Shown here: in pieces, positions 42,489 through 53,703 of the stretch | How the letters are laid out: every line of letters starts with the position of its first letter | Position numbering within the stretch: the stretch's first letter is position 1 | Virus record (IMG/VR): IMGVR_UViG_3300043470_000815 | Strand: one strand, 5' to 3' | Length of the DNA: 64,000 nucleotides | Source of the DNA: a virus | Program-made: the position numbers and the translations under genes | Notes under the pieces: model-generated | Databases searched by the model: none | Told to the model about the DNA's origin: nothing | Seen by the model: the letters and a program-made list of their open reading frames with translations, nothing else

Positions 42489-44294
42489 TCATTTCGGCAA
42501 TTTTTTAGCCATTTTTCGTGAAATTAAATAATATTTCCCTTTTTTAATTTTCATAATTTCAACTTTTGGTGATATTTTTATTACCAACCCACCAGTAAAA
42601 ACCATCCAACCTTCTTTTGTTTCGCCTAAGTATTGCTTATTATTTAATATTTCAGTTAACCAAACTACCCGTTTATGTGATCGTTTAACCTCTAAATTGT
42701 TATTTAACAAACCGCTACTTCCAAAAACATATCCCTTATCAGCACTCATTTCATCACTTAAATTATAAACAAACGACTTTTCATATCCAGCCTTAATAGC
42801 AATTAAAAAAGATTGTAATATCCATTCAGCCTGTATCGAATCATTTTCAACTGCCTGACATAATGGTGTAGAACATGGATTTGTATCGTAACCAAATTCG
42901 GTTAGCCAAAATTTAACATTTTTCCTACCCAACGGGTCAATATTTGATATATCATTGTTAGTATTATTATTGGTGGATAGGTAATCCCTCCCTACCTTAT
43001 TTTTTAAAACATTTAAACGTTGATACAATTTATCAGTTATAGGATCAATACCATCCCCCAAATATAAATTAACCGTTTGTGCTGGAAATGGTGGATTTGC
43101 CGAATTACAATAATGATGAACATTTATAACATCAGCCGCAAATATTTGATCCGTTCGGTTTTGTTTAAACCACTGATTCATATCTTCAATATATTTCGTA
43201 TTGATAGCCGATATACCAGCCATCACAACCTTCATTGATGGATCAGCCGTTTTGATACCATAACCTTTTCCCATACGTCCTTCGTGACCATCATAAACCG
43301 CACTCATAAAGGCGGCAAATTGCTCGGCTGTGTACTTATGCGTTGGATTCTTCCAAGGTCGGTCGGGTTCATTTTCTAGTTCGATATAAGACAGTAAATC
43401 TAGTCCACTTTGCAACAAATTCACAATATCACCATTCCACCTAGGCTCTTGATTTACCTTTAAATCCTGTGATGGATATTTAACCCTACCATACCTTGCT
43501 GCCAATTGAAATCCGTATTGTGAAATTGACCTGTAAGACAACGGATCGTTTGGATTAGTACCAATATCATTCATCTTTAAATCTGCCCATTCAGGGTCAT
43601 TTGGTGATTCGTGTGACCAGTTTGGAACTTTGTTGATACACGGAATTGCAGTAATATTTTTATTCTTTAATTCCTGATAATATTCATCATACATTCCATC
43701 AGCCTGTACGGTTGGATTAACCGCTAAACCTTTCGGAGTCCAAGACCATTGAACCATTTGATAAATCCTGATATTTTGACATGGAATTAGGTCGGTTGGT
43801 ATCCAATGAAACCCATTTGTACCAATTGATAATGCGTCTCCAGTTAACTTTTTAGTGTTGGGAGGAGTCACAGTAGAATCATAATAAAACTCCAGTTCGG
43901 TGATTGGTATATCCCCTTGAATATCAGAAATGGAAATCAATATTTCATCGACTTCCATTGTTTTAAATGTCTTGGTTTGCCATTTATTGAATTGATTCAA
44001 TTTTACATTGATTGTATCCGTTTGGTTAATTAGTGTAAAGTTTGGTTGTCCAACCCAATCAAACAGTTTTAATTTATTAAATTTAACTTTTTCAGTAAAT
44101 TTGATTTTTGCTAATACTGGATAATCACCAGCATTCCACCCCGGAAACCACCCCGACTGTGTATTTCCATCAAATAATTGTAACGCACCTGTGGATTGTC
44201 CTCGAATGACCGTGATTGAATATAGTTTATCATTGATTTGTCCCCACATCATAATAGGGAATAGTAATAGAGTTAATAATGTTTGTGTTTTCAT
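42489..44294 (-). CDS. secreted clan GH-A glycoside hydrolase with N-terminal discoidin-like domain
   Basis: Signal peptide; IELENEPD acid/base Glu; INVHHY; WLTEFGYD nucleophile Glu. Confidence 0.75.
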   Translation of the reverse strand: MKTQTLLTLLLFPIMMWGQINDKLYSITVIRGQSTGALQLFDGNTQSGWFPGWNAGDYPVLAKIKFTEKVKFNKLKLFDWVGQPNFTLINQTDTINVKLNQFNKWQTKTFKTMEVDEILISISDIQGDIPITELEFYYDSTVTPPNTKKLTGDALSIGTNGFHWIPTDLIPCQNIRIYQMVQWSWTPKGLAVNPTVQADGMYDEYYQELKNKNITAIPCINKVPNWSHESPNDPEWADLKMNDIGTNPNDPLSYRSISQYGFQLAARYGRVKYPSQDLKVNQEPRWNGDIVNLLQSGLDLLSYIELENEPDRPWKNPTHKYTAEQFAAFMSAVYDGHEGRMGKGYGIKTADPSMKVVMAGISAINTKYIEDMNQWFKQNRTDQIFAADVINVHHYCNSANPPFPAQTVNLYLGDGIDPITDKLYQRLNVLKNKVGRDYLSTNNNTNNDISNIDPLGRKNVKFWLTEFGYDTNPCSTPLCQAVENDSIQAEWILQSFLIAIKAGYEKSFVYNLSDEMSADKGYVFGSSGLLNNNLEVKRSHKRVVWLTEILNNKQYLGETKEGWMVFTGGLVIKISPKVEIMKIKKGKYYLISRKMAKKLPK

Positions 44295-44884
44295 AAGTAA
44301 AATCTTTCAATCAAATTTTTAATTTGATCTTTTGTTTTATTTTGTTTATATAAGTTTTAGTGAATAATTCCTACCTGACTGGTAGATTTAATTTAAAAAG
44401 ATTAAATTGAAAATTTAATTGAAAAAAACCCATCTACCAGTTTTAATTGATAGATAGGTTGTGTTTAAAATTCTTGGTAATAATAAATTGTTTTGTCGGT
44501 ATCCAATAGGTTAATTGAAAATAATCCATCCGAACATTCTATTTCACGTGAATCGAAAAATGTTCCACGATTACAATCACACGCAAAATTACCTTCCTCC
44601 CATATAAAAATATGAGGTCTGCCTGTTTCATCATCAATCAAGCACATGTGTGTTTTTTCATGTATAATACCAGTTTCATTTTCTTTTATTTGTAAAATAC
44701 ATTCAATATATTTATTTTTCATCTTCAATCAATTTAAAAAGTTGATCTGCAACCGACCAACCCAACCAAATAATAATAATCGGTATAGCAAAGGTTGGAT
44801 ATGGTTTAGTCGTGAATTGCCAACCGATCAGTGATCCAAGTAAGCATGAAGCAAAGAAAAAATGGTAATAATTTCGCATTTATT

Positions 44885-45376
44885 TTAAAAATTTAAGTTA
44901 AGTTCTAAATCATTTGGTGCTGGTCGATTACCACCAAAATAAGGTTGGATTCTAAACGACGTTAGGTAACTTTTCTTTAATGCTTTTGGTACATCAATTT
45001 CAATCTTTTCATTACCGACCCAAATCGTTACTTTATTATAAGTTATTTCAAAGTTTACTAGGTCAGTCGGATTAGCATTTAAAATCGGGCCTAAAACTAT
45101 TTCGGGTGATACAATTGTACCGTTAACATTAAAGTAAGCACAAACCTGTACTTTGTTTATTGTCGGATTCCAACGCCACCCAACCATTATTGCATTTTGA
45201 CTTGGAATTAACGGATTAAAACTAATACCCGTTAACTTGTTCCAATCGTATTGATCGCCTTTATCTAATTGATAAACACAATTGGTGAATTTTACCGATC
45301 CATTAATAGATCGTAAAAAGAATTTAGGACATCGGGGAGTTGAAAAGTGACTGTTTTCTTTGAATTTGAAGATCAT
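44885..45376 (-). CDS. hypothetical beta-rich protein
   Basis: 163-aa ORF. Confidence 0.55.
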   Translation of the reverse strand: MIFKFKENSHFSTPRCPKFFLRSINGSVKFTNCVYQLDKGDQYDWNKLTGISFNPLIPSQNAIMVGWRWNPTINKVQVCAYFNVNGTIVSPEIVLGPILNANPTDLVNFEITYNKVTIWVGNEKIEIDVPKALKKSYLTSFRIQPYFGGNRPAPNDLELNLNF

Positions 45377-46025
45377 TGTTTTCCTTTTTTTGTTAAAACT
45401 TGTTTTTAACGTTTTTTGATTTTTCTTTGTGTTTTTTTTCCCATTCTTTGTAGTTTGGGAGGTTTTGTTCTACTTTTTCGACATTTCCAAACAACCGCTT
45501 GAAAACTGCTGTAAAATTGTTTAATGCGTTTTGTGTTGATTTGTCCTGATTATTATTTGACATTTTTAATTTTTGATTTGTATTCTAAATAATTATCCGC
45601 TTGGTTATGATAAGACCTTCGTGTTACATTTGCGACAAATAATAACAATATTGATGTAACAGTTCCACCAACCCATATTTTCGCGATAATTTCACGTGAA
45701 AAAATATCTTTCAAGAAATACGAAATTCCTGTTGATAGTAAAAATATTACAATCGCTAAAATCGTAATTGAAAGTGATTTTGAATCACCTTCATTTTTGT
45801 GTAATTCTACCTGTTGTTGATGTTTCTTTTTCATTTTTAAAAGAATAATTAGTTTCGTTAATAATTACATTTATGCCAATTTCATCGGCAGTTTTAATGA
45901 TGAATAATAATCGTTCACAAACCGAGGTTGGGAGTGTATCATCATTAATGATTTTTACTACTTTACCGTTTTGAATGAATATTATATTTTTCATGTAAGA
46001 AAATCAAATATAAAATTTGATGTTA

Positions 46026-46076
46026 CAAATATACTAACGTTAAACCCAATAAACCAAGTCATTAACAAATGATTAA
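46026..46076 (-). promoter_or_regulatory. early promoter plus dyad
   Basis: TTAAT-N5-GTTAA-N4-TTG-N21-TATATTTG. Confidence 0.7.
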
Positions 46077-46100
46077 CTAGGTTGAGAGGTATGTCAATAA

Positions 46101-46688
46101 TTATTCATAAACTATTACCGTTTTTTCTACGGGTTCTACTAAATATAAATCATTACATTCAGTACCATCATAAGACGATTGCTCACCGTCAAATCTAACG
46201 TAGCAGTCTAATGCTGGAAAATACCAAACCGCCGTGACTTGTTCATCCGATTCAAGTGTACGTTCAACACGTTTAAGATTTTCTACAATTGTTGGTGGTA
46301 ATGCTACGTCTAAATATTCGGGTGCTGTGTTTGCATTTAGAAAATCGTAGCAGTTTTGCGTTTGTAGATGTTTAATTAATTCTTGTTTTGTTTGCATAAA
46401 ATTTTCAATTTTATCTTTTATGTTTTAATTATTTTATTTTTTAATATATTGTATTATTGTTTTAGGCTCAACTTCATAACATTTCCCAAAAGTATCATTA
46501 TTAGATTCAAACTTAACATATAAGTCCAAATCTTCAAAATACCAAACCGCGATATTACCAAACGGGTCGATATTAAACTCAACTCGTCGAACCCTAAAGT
46601 ATTCGATTTTATCCATGTTTGGTAGAAATCGCAAAAACTCCATATTTCGGAAGTTATTTAATTCATCAATCAATTCCTGTTTTGTCAT
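46101..46688 (-). repeat. two paralogous small CDS (46101-46397, 46434-46688)
   Basis: M.TKQELI...AVWYF..LD.YV.F...VEP....I.Y in both. Confidence 0.75.
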
Positions 46689-47518
46689 TTTGCATAAAAA
46701 TTTTGTTTATGGTCATAAAACTTGTTTTTATGACTTAATAAATTATGAAAGTTATTACATATAAAGGGTATTTGCCATAGTGGGGCAATTCGATCCACCA
46801 TTGCTTCCAACCACTTTGAATATGCGATATATTGATTCTTAATACCATCAGGATTTAAAAATTCACGTTCAATTGCCAACACTTGAGCCTCTTCGATGAT
46901 TACTTGTTTTTGCATGTCAAACGTTAAATTTTTAAACTTTTCAGGGCAAACATAAACCGTTGTCTGTCCTTCGTCTTGTAAATACTTGAACGCTGGTTTA
47001 TCGTATTTTTTGACCAGTTCGTGTAGATCGTCGTGAACATTTTCTCTTGAAACAGCATCGTTGAAAAAATCACTGGATTCTTTTGTGAAGTCCGCTCGCC
47101 ACTTTTCACCAAATTTGTTTGTCCAAAATTCATGCAATTCGTAGAACAATGGTTCTATGACTGTACAACCTTCTTCGGACATTAACCAAATATCATAAAA
47201 AGTTTTTTTCTTATGAACTTTGTCGAATGATACGTGTGATGATTTTAGTGTGAATAGTACGTCTTTTAGTACATTATCTGCAACATACCTCACAACCAAG
47301 GATTCCTTTATATTTTCCAAATAGTTCCAAACAGGCGGAATATAATGACATTCGGTTTTGTTCCCATACATCATTTTAAAGCAATCTTTGTCCTGTTGGG
47401 TTGGTTCATGGTCAATCAATATGTCGTAATCAGCCGTATCTTTACAACGTTGTTGAATACGTGGATTGTCAGGGAATAACGTTTTTAGTAAACGTGAACC
47501 TATTTTGTAATGATTCAT
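46685..47518 (-). CDS. phage nucleotidyltransferase-like protein
   Basis: IGSR.L...DYDI N-terminus; FF.DAV.R...HDDLHE. Confidence 0.55.
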   Translation of the reverse strand: MNHYKIGSRLLKTLFPDNPRIQQRCKDTADYDILIDHEPTQQDKDCFKMMYGNKTECHYIPPVWNYLENIKESLVVRYVADNVLKDVLFTLKSSHVSFDKVHKKKTFYDIWLMSEEGCTVIEPLFYELHEFWTNKFGEKWRADFTKESSDFFNDAVSRENVHDDLHELVKKYDKPAFKYLQDEGQTTVYVCPEKFKNLTFDMQKQVIIEEAQVLAIEREFLNPDGIKNQYIAYSKWLEAMVDRIAPLWQIPFICNNFHNLLSHKNKFYDHKQNFYAK

Positions 47519-47594
47519 AAATTAAAACTCGTTTTAATCTTTTATAATTGTAAATACCTACCAGTCGGGTAGGATTTTTTAAGTTACAAAGATA

Positions 47595-48062
47595 CTACCT
47601 CCGAACTGATAAAAATTCTAAACATTCTTCAATCAAATCCTGTAAATTATTATGGGGATTGGTTTCATATCGTTTTGTGTACCAATAATCCAAATATCGT
47701 ACATTGTCTGCATTATTAGGACGACCATAAAATATTTTACCTGAATCCAAATACTTTCCAAATTCTACATTTGATGTTAAACCCAATATTCCATTTGAAA
47801 TGTCACGTGGAATCCAAAATAAAATAACATCGGAATTTGACATATAAAAATCTTCCCATTCAATTACATCATCGTAATTTGCCCATTTTCCATGTTCAGG
47901 TTCGGGAATTACGACAGTTCCATCAAACCCAAGTTTTTCTAAAATTTCGACGGCTTCTTTTCGCCAATTTAAAACTTGTTCACCTCGTGGACTACAACCC
48001 GCCAAGAAAATGGTTTTTCCTAAATCGTGAATTGTAAAATTTCCGCTGTATATTTTTTTCAT
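47595..48062 (-). CDS. nucleoside 2-deoxyribosyltransferase-like protein
   Basis: IFLAG...WR...IEWE...SDVILFW..R...TSNVEFG. Confidence 0.8.
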   Translation of the reverse strand: MKKIYSGNFTIHDLGKTIFLAGCSPRGEQVLNWRKEAVEILEKLGFDGTVVIPEPEHGKWANYDDVIEWEDFYMSNSDVILFWIPRDISNGILGLTSNVEFGKYLDSGKIFYGRPNNADNVRYLDYWYTKRYETNPHNNLQDLIEECLEFLSVRR

Positions 48063-48384
48063 ATAATAAATTTTTAATTTATTTATTTAATATCATACCA
48101 GTTTGGTAGGAATTGATTATTTAGTATAAACCTTTCGTATAGGTTTAAACTGTGCTTTTTTAGATTCGTTTACAAGTTCATCAATGGCCAGTTGTGCCTT
48201 GGTTGGATTGTCATAATAATAATATCCAAAACCTTCGTGCATCCAAGTTTTTGCATGTTCCCAAACAAATACATACTTAAATTTTGTCCAAGACCATTTT
48301 TTAACGTGTTGCTGAATAAAATATCGTGATGAACCATCGAATTGTGTCTCTTCGATTATCATAAAAGATGTAAGTAATTTTTTA

Positions 48385-48954
48385 TTAAACATTTGGAAAT
48401 ACATTTTCGTCATAAAATTTTTGCATGGCATTCCAGCAAAATAGAATTTCTGTTTCAGACACGGGGCGAAAATGCCAAGCATCAACACCGACATTAATCA
48501 TCTTTGGTTGAACTTTCCAAAGTCCATGAATGTGTCCTGTGATTGCGAAATTATAAGCAGTGTCATCCAAGGCTTTCTTGCAATTAATTGGATAGTGGTT
48601 TAAATATACCAAATTATCACCTAATAACAAATCAAATGATTCATAAATATGGTCGAAATAATCATGTAATAATCCTATATGTTGTTCATCGTAATTTCCA
48701 ATTATTAAGTTAAATTTGGAATTAGGATACCTCGATTTTAATGAAGTTAACCATAAATGACATTCGGTATCATACAATACGTCTCCCAAATGCCAAAGGG
48801 TATCGCCATCTTTGAAATCCGAATTAAAAAATCCGTCCATAATCGCGTGATTTTGCTCATTAATAGATTTAAACGGTCGGTAAAATAAGTTTGGCTTTCC
48901 ATCAATTCCAATGCGTGGATCGCCTAAGTGCCAATCGGCTGTAAAGTAGTTCAT
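48385..48954 (-). CDS. calcineurin-like metallophosphoesterase (intact)
   Basis: TADWH, HLGD, GNYD, NHYP, TGHIH, INVGVD. Confidence 0.85.
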   Translation of the reverse strand: MNYFTADWHLGDPRIGIDGKPNLFYRPFKSINEQNHAIMDGFFNSDFKDGDTLWHLGDVLYDTECHLWLTSLKSRYPNSKFNLIIGNYDEQHIGLLHDYFDHIYESFDLLLGDNLVYLNHYPINCKKALDDTAYNFAITGHIHGLWKVQPKMINVGVDAWHFRPVSETEILFCWNAMQKFYDENVFPNV

Positions 48955-49340
48955 TTCTTTTAATTTGTTTTTAATTTTATATAGAACCTACCCCAATTTT
49001 AAATAATTTAACTGTTAGGGAGGGTATTAAACCAATTCAGTCGTTTTATATTGTGATAATAAATGTTTGCGTAATTGTTCCAATGATTTTTCAGCAGCAT
49101 CTAATGTTGAAAACGTGCTACTTCCATCCGACCAAATATAATTTCCTATTTCATCTTCAATACGAGGTGCTTCATCCCAACTTTCAACTGTTTCAAATTT
49201 AAACATTGACCAATTGAACTTGCGTTTAATGTTGCGTTGACGAATACGATAAACAGTATCGTTTTCCGTTAAATATGGAAATGAAACTTTTTCGATCCTA
49301 AATGTGTAATTAAATTCTTGTGGATTCATAATATTTTATT

Positions 49341-50081
49341 TTAAAATTGTAAATTATCAAAAACATAAGGTGTTTTAAAATCAGCAGTCCAATGTGTATT
49401 CCCATCGTGACTAATCCATAAGTCACCATTTTTGAAATACTTTTGTCCAATGAACCCATAATTTAATGCAGAATATTTAATATTGCCCCACGGGACTTTA
49501 ACCCGCACATCATAACCATCCTTATCACCAATAATAACAATGGCGTTACGTTCCACCCGCTGTTCAATTTTCCCATTACCATGAATATCCATGAATGGAA
49601 TATAAATTCGTTCAGGATCAACGGTGTTAACGTATTCCAATAATAAAGGTTGGTGCTGCATAGAACGCCCTTCCGGTATTTTTACAACAATCCATGAATA
49701 TTCAGAATAAGCATCTATCATTTTATAAATCCATTCGGGAACGGCTTGTTTCCACCCTATCAATATATCTACCAATTCCGAACCATTAGTGGTGACAATT
49801 TCATACATTCCACATTGTTCGATTGAAATAGATTTACCACCTCGCGATCCTTTTGTCCATTCATTGGCAAAGAACTTAGATAAATCATTTAAGAATTGAC
49901 TATATTCCGATGAATCATGGAATGTAATCTTTTGATATGTGGGAATTGGTAACATCATTACCGCCCCACCTTTCGGAGCAGTTACATTGTTCGCGTATGC
50001 CAATAAATGTTTTTTATTGGGCAATATGGTTGAAAATATTTGGGTCGAATTGACCACTACGTCTGTGTTGAATATACACAT
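49341..50081 (-). CDS. hypothetical protein
   Basis: 246 aa; AY.N.V...AVMMLPIP. Confidence 0.6.
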   Translation of the reverse strand: MCIFNTDVVVNSTQIFSTILPNKKHLLAYANNVTAPKGGAVMMLPIPTYQKITFHDSSEYSQFLNDLSKFFANEWTKGSRGGKSISIEQCGMYEIVTTNGSELVDILIGWKQAVPEWIYKMIDAYSEYSWIVVKIPEGRSMQHQPLLLEYVNTVDPERIYIPFMDIHGNGKIEQRVERNAIVIIGDKDGYDVRVKVPWGNIKYSALNYGFIGQKYFKNGDLWISHDGNTHWTADFKTPYVFDNLQF

Positions 50082-50719
50082 TTTATTATAAATTTTTTAT
50101 TAATTGTGACCAACCTACCTAGATTGGTTATTTTTTTTAATTAACCCAATAATAAACCGTCAACGTTTTGTAATGCGTTTCAGTTCGTCGTTTTTTATAT
50201 CGGTTGGATGTACATGCAAAAGGTACATATTTTAATTTTAATGTACCTTTTTCTAATTCGTCAGCAATAAAGGATTTTATTGTTTGGTCGGGATAATAAC
50301 CACCCACATCCAAAATCGTAAATTCTGAATATTTTCGTGCTAATGTAATTTTAGATTCTTTCATTTTCTCCAACTTGGAATGTAATCTTGAATGCACTTA
50401 TTTGCGGTTGCTTCACTGATTATTTCGGTCATTTGATTTACATCTAAGTCGTTAATTGTTTCTTGATTTTTAATAGTAAATTTACCTATTGTCATAAGTG
50501 TAACATCATACAAATCTTTGCCGTTTATTTTTATTTCAAAGGCATTGAATCCGCATGTGTTTTTAGCACAAAAAAGAATGCCTAAACCATTACCGTTACA
50601 AGCCAATTTTTTTGTAGTTCCAATATTAAATAAGAACTGTTTGCCTAAAATAGACTCTAATTGACTTAAAATTAAAAATGTGGTTGTCATTGTATTTAAA
50701 TTAGTTGTGAATTATGATA

Positions 50720-50770
50720 CAAAGATACGACCTCCCACCCCAACAAACAAGTCTATTAACCAATTGTTAA
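50720..50770 (-). promoter_or_regulatory. early promoter plus dyad
   Basis: TTAAC-N5-GTTAA-N5-TTG-N20-TATCTTTG. Confidence 0.85.
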
Positions 50771-50854
50771 CAAGTTATTCATTCTGAATAACCAAACGAA
50801 GTAATTCAAAAAACAAAGGGAATGTATATTTCTACACACTCCCTTTTCCTATTT

Positions 50855-51280
50855 TTAACCTTTCAATTTCCTTAATTGTTCTTCAAGATCACCCAATGTA
50901 ACGTTTTTATCACGTTCAGCGGCAATCCTATCTTCTAGTTTTCTGATTTCGGCTTGTTTGGTTTTTTCGGCGGCGGAATTTTTTTCTTTATCCAACTTGT
51001 AACCAATCGTTAGATCAATGAACTTATACCACGTATCCAGCCTTTTTTCCAATTTAGATTGGTCTTCCGTCTTAGACCACGAGTCAAGGTCATTGAGTTG
51101 ATTTTTTTGCCCTTTAAGGGTCTTTAAAAGCAATCGTAGTGATACTACACTTGCGGCGTTTATGATTTCCCAAGGATTGACCATGTTCGCCCCGAATTTT
51201 CCTTCCAACACATCTTCACTAAATGATAAGTCAGTATAAAGGGTTCTTAATGTTTGTAAATTTTCTTTTGTAAATTCCAT
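50855..51280 (-). CDS. coiled-coil hypothetical protein downstream of the TROVE-like gene
   Basis: 141-aa ORF. Confidence 0.65.
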   Translation of the reverse strand: MEFTKENLQTLRTLYTDLSFSEDVLEGKFGANMVNPWEIINAASVVSLRLLLKTLKGQKNQLNDLDSWSKTEDQSKLEKRLDTWYKFIDLTIGYKLDKEKNSAAEKTKQAEIRKLEDRIAAERDKNVTLGDLEEQLRKLKG

Positions 51281-51396
51281 AGATAAAATTTTTAATTTTA
51301 TTTGAGTGATAATTTAAATTTATTGATTATTGATTTTAATTCCTACTAGATTGGTATTATTTTCCGTTAGGTAGGGTTTTGATTTACTGTTAAATA

Positions 51397-51505
51397 AGTC
51401 GGAGACAATATCCCGCGTGGCACTACTGCCATGAACCCTTTTATTATTTAACGTCGGGGTTAGGAAACCCGATTACAGTTTTAAAAGTTTGATACGTCTC
51501 CGACT
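51397..51505 (-). ncRNA. candidate Y-RNA-like ncRNA (element A)
   Basis: 10-bp terminal stem AGTCGGAGAC/GTCTCCGACT; internal hairpins TCGGG/CCCGA and TGGCA-GTAG-TGCCA; 35 nt after the TROVE-like stop. Confidence 0.6.
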
Positions 51506-51540
51506 GTATTTTTAAATCCTACCAATCTAATAGGAATTGA

Positions 51541-53388
51541 TTAAATTGTGTTTTGTTTTATTAATTCATAACGGTTTGACATATACAACGTTTTCAACGG
51601 TAAGTAAGTATCAATAACATCTAAATCGTCAATATTCTTAAAGATTTGATTAATCACACCTGCATTATAACCCATTACGTGTAAAGTATTAGGAACTCCA
51701 GCGAACTTCGATGGTTCGTCCCTACCAGTCACAACGTCCCAAATAACTACAACACCATCCCACCCATAATTCAACATTTTGCGACGAAAATCTAACATGG
51801 ATTGTGCTGCATTACTTAGACGATTCATATCACCATCCGAAACAACAACAAAAACGGGATACCCTTGTAGTTGTTCAATTTTATGCTGTTTAGTTAATGG
51901 GTCAGATTCAATCCACCTACCTAATGTGTCGGCAACTGATGTGAAGTTTGTACTTCCACCATTAGAATCAATGAATTTTGATATATTTCCATAGTTTTCA
52001 CTAAAAGGTTTAGTACGATCAATTAATTTTTCTACCTTAGTTGCAACACCTTGTAAAAAACGATTTGGGCGGGTTGTGCCTGTTGAACCATCCGTGTAAA
52101 CATTTGCTTCCGATCCGAATGTAATAAGGACGTTATCTAATTCATTGGATGGATTTTTTAACATTGTAATTGTTGATAGCAAACGAGCCATAAACGTTGC
52201 AACACCTGTCATACTACCCGAAATATCCGCAATTGTCAATACTGGAACATCGAACTTAACTTGATCCAAAATACTTTGTGCATTTAAATTCAGTTGGGTG
52301 GTGGATTGTTGCATCTTTTCCAAAATACTAAACATCGTTTCTCCACCCGTGTTGACTTTGGCCGCTTTTTTAACCTGTGATAACGCAATTTTATCTTCTT
52401 CACTGGCAGTTCCTAAACGGATTTTTTCAGTCAGTTCACGTTGCGTTTCTTGTAATTTGGCTTTATTGGTTTCCCATTCAAGTAACCATTTTCCTAAGTC
52501 ATTTTTCCACTTAGATTTTAATTTATCATCACCATCCAACAACCTACGACGGGTACGGAAACGTGCCGATGACGGCATTTTATCCAACAAATCATTAAAT
52601 TGAATTTTGTCCAAATCGTTAATTTTTCCTGTTGAAAATAGAACACTTTCCAATTCTTGGTTGTATTGTTTTTTCCATTCAGCCAACCCCGTGAATTTTT
52701 TGTATTTTTCACCACGTGAAACTTCCCACCCTAATTCAACTGATAATAAATCGTAAAATTTACTACGAAGTTTCATATTGGCTTTGACTAAATCAGACAA
52801 ATCACGTTGACCAACCTTTTCACGGGTTGTACGGTCTAACTTTTGACGCTTAGATGTTCGCACGTTTGTTAGGAATTTTGCAATTATCATACAATCCACC
52901 ACATTACCTTTACGGATAATATTTGCGAGGTATTTTGCAACTTCCGATAGATCAACACATTCCAACATGTTAATGTTTTCGGTTACTTGTTTACTACCAG
53001 TTTTTGTCTTGACACGTGATGCTAATACGTTGTCCAATGTGGTATATTGCCTTATACAATCGCTTGTGACGAACTTTAGGTATTGGGTTGGATGATTTAG
53101 CCTTGTCCAATTTAAGATTGTCCTAAACGCTTCACGGTTGGAATTACCACCGTTATCTAACGAAGTTTCATTTCGTAGAACGTTATGTGTTCGGTTGGAA
53201 ATGTCGCCACAACTGAATGCAATTATCCAAAACAATTGTTTTTCTTGTTCGGTTTTACAATCGCGGAATGCGTTGGTTAGAATTGCGGGTGTAATTTTAC
53301 CTGATTGGGCAGCCTGATAAAATTCAAATAAAGCAAGTTTTCCATAAAATGGATTTTCACTTGCGGGAGTTTTTAATGAAACTTTCAT
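51541..53388 (-). CDS. TROVE/Ro60-like (DUF2828-type) protein with C-terminal VWA domain
   Basis: Helical N-terminal region with GD...GG..NRE and LES.LF..GKI...MPS.A; VWA motifs IADISGSM, GGSTNF, VVSDGD, VIWD. Confidence 0.75.
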   Translation of the reverse strand: MKVSLKTPASENPFYGKLALFEFYQAAQSGKITPAILTNAFRDCKTEQEKQLFWIIAFSCGDISNRTHNVLRNETSLDNGGNSNREAFRTILNWTRLNHPTQYLKFVTSDCIRQYTTLDNVLASRVKTKTGSKQVTENINMLECVDLSEVAKYLANIIRKGNVVDCMIIAKFLTNVRTSKRQKLDRTTREKVGQRDLSDLVKANMKLRSKFYDLLSVELGWEVSRGEKYKKFTGLAEWKKQYNQELESVLFSTGKINDLDKIQFNDLLDKMPSSARFRTRRRLLDGDDKLKSKWKNDLGKWLLEWETNKAKLQETQRELTEKIRLGTASEEDKIALSQVKKAAKVNTGGETMFSILEKMQQSTTQLNLNAQSILDQVKFDVPVLTIADISGSMTGVATFMARLLSTITMLKNPSNELDNVLITFGSEANVYTDGSTGTTRPNRFLQGVATKVEKLIDRTKPFSENYGNISKFIDSNGGSTNFTSVADTLGRWIESDPLTKQHKIEQLQGYPVFVVVSDGDMNRLSNAAQSMLDFRRKMLNYGWDGVVVIWDVVTGRDEPSKFAGVPNTLHVMGYNAGVINQIFKNIDDLDVIDTYLPLKTLYMSNRYELIKQNTI

Positions 53389-53703
53389 TAATTTGTAAGT
53401 TAATAAGTGAAAAAAAAAATAAAATACTACCTAATGGTTAAATTAAGGCAATTTTGAATATTCATAAATTATACGCATTTTATCCCATAATTCTATTTCG
53501 ATTTCTCGTTCATCGGGTAATGAAAATATCAAAGTTCTTTTCATTTCGCCTATTCGATAAGATGAAATATTATTTATTTCGGGTATTAATGCTTCGTAAA
53601 ATTGTACGAATTTTCCGTTGGGAGTTAAATCTTTGAATATTTCGGATATTTGTGATTCTGTCATATTAAATTTATTTAATCTTTTTATTGTTAAATTATT
53701 AAG

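Noticed and set aside
47587-47594. Additional promoter
   Set aside because: Only the -7 box TATCTTTG is present, with no TTG or dyad at the expected distance.
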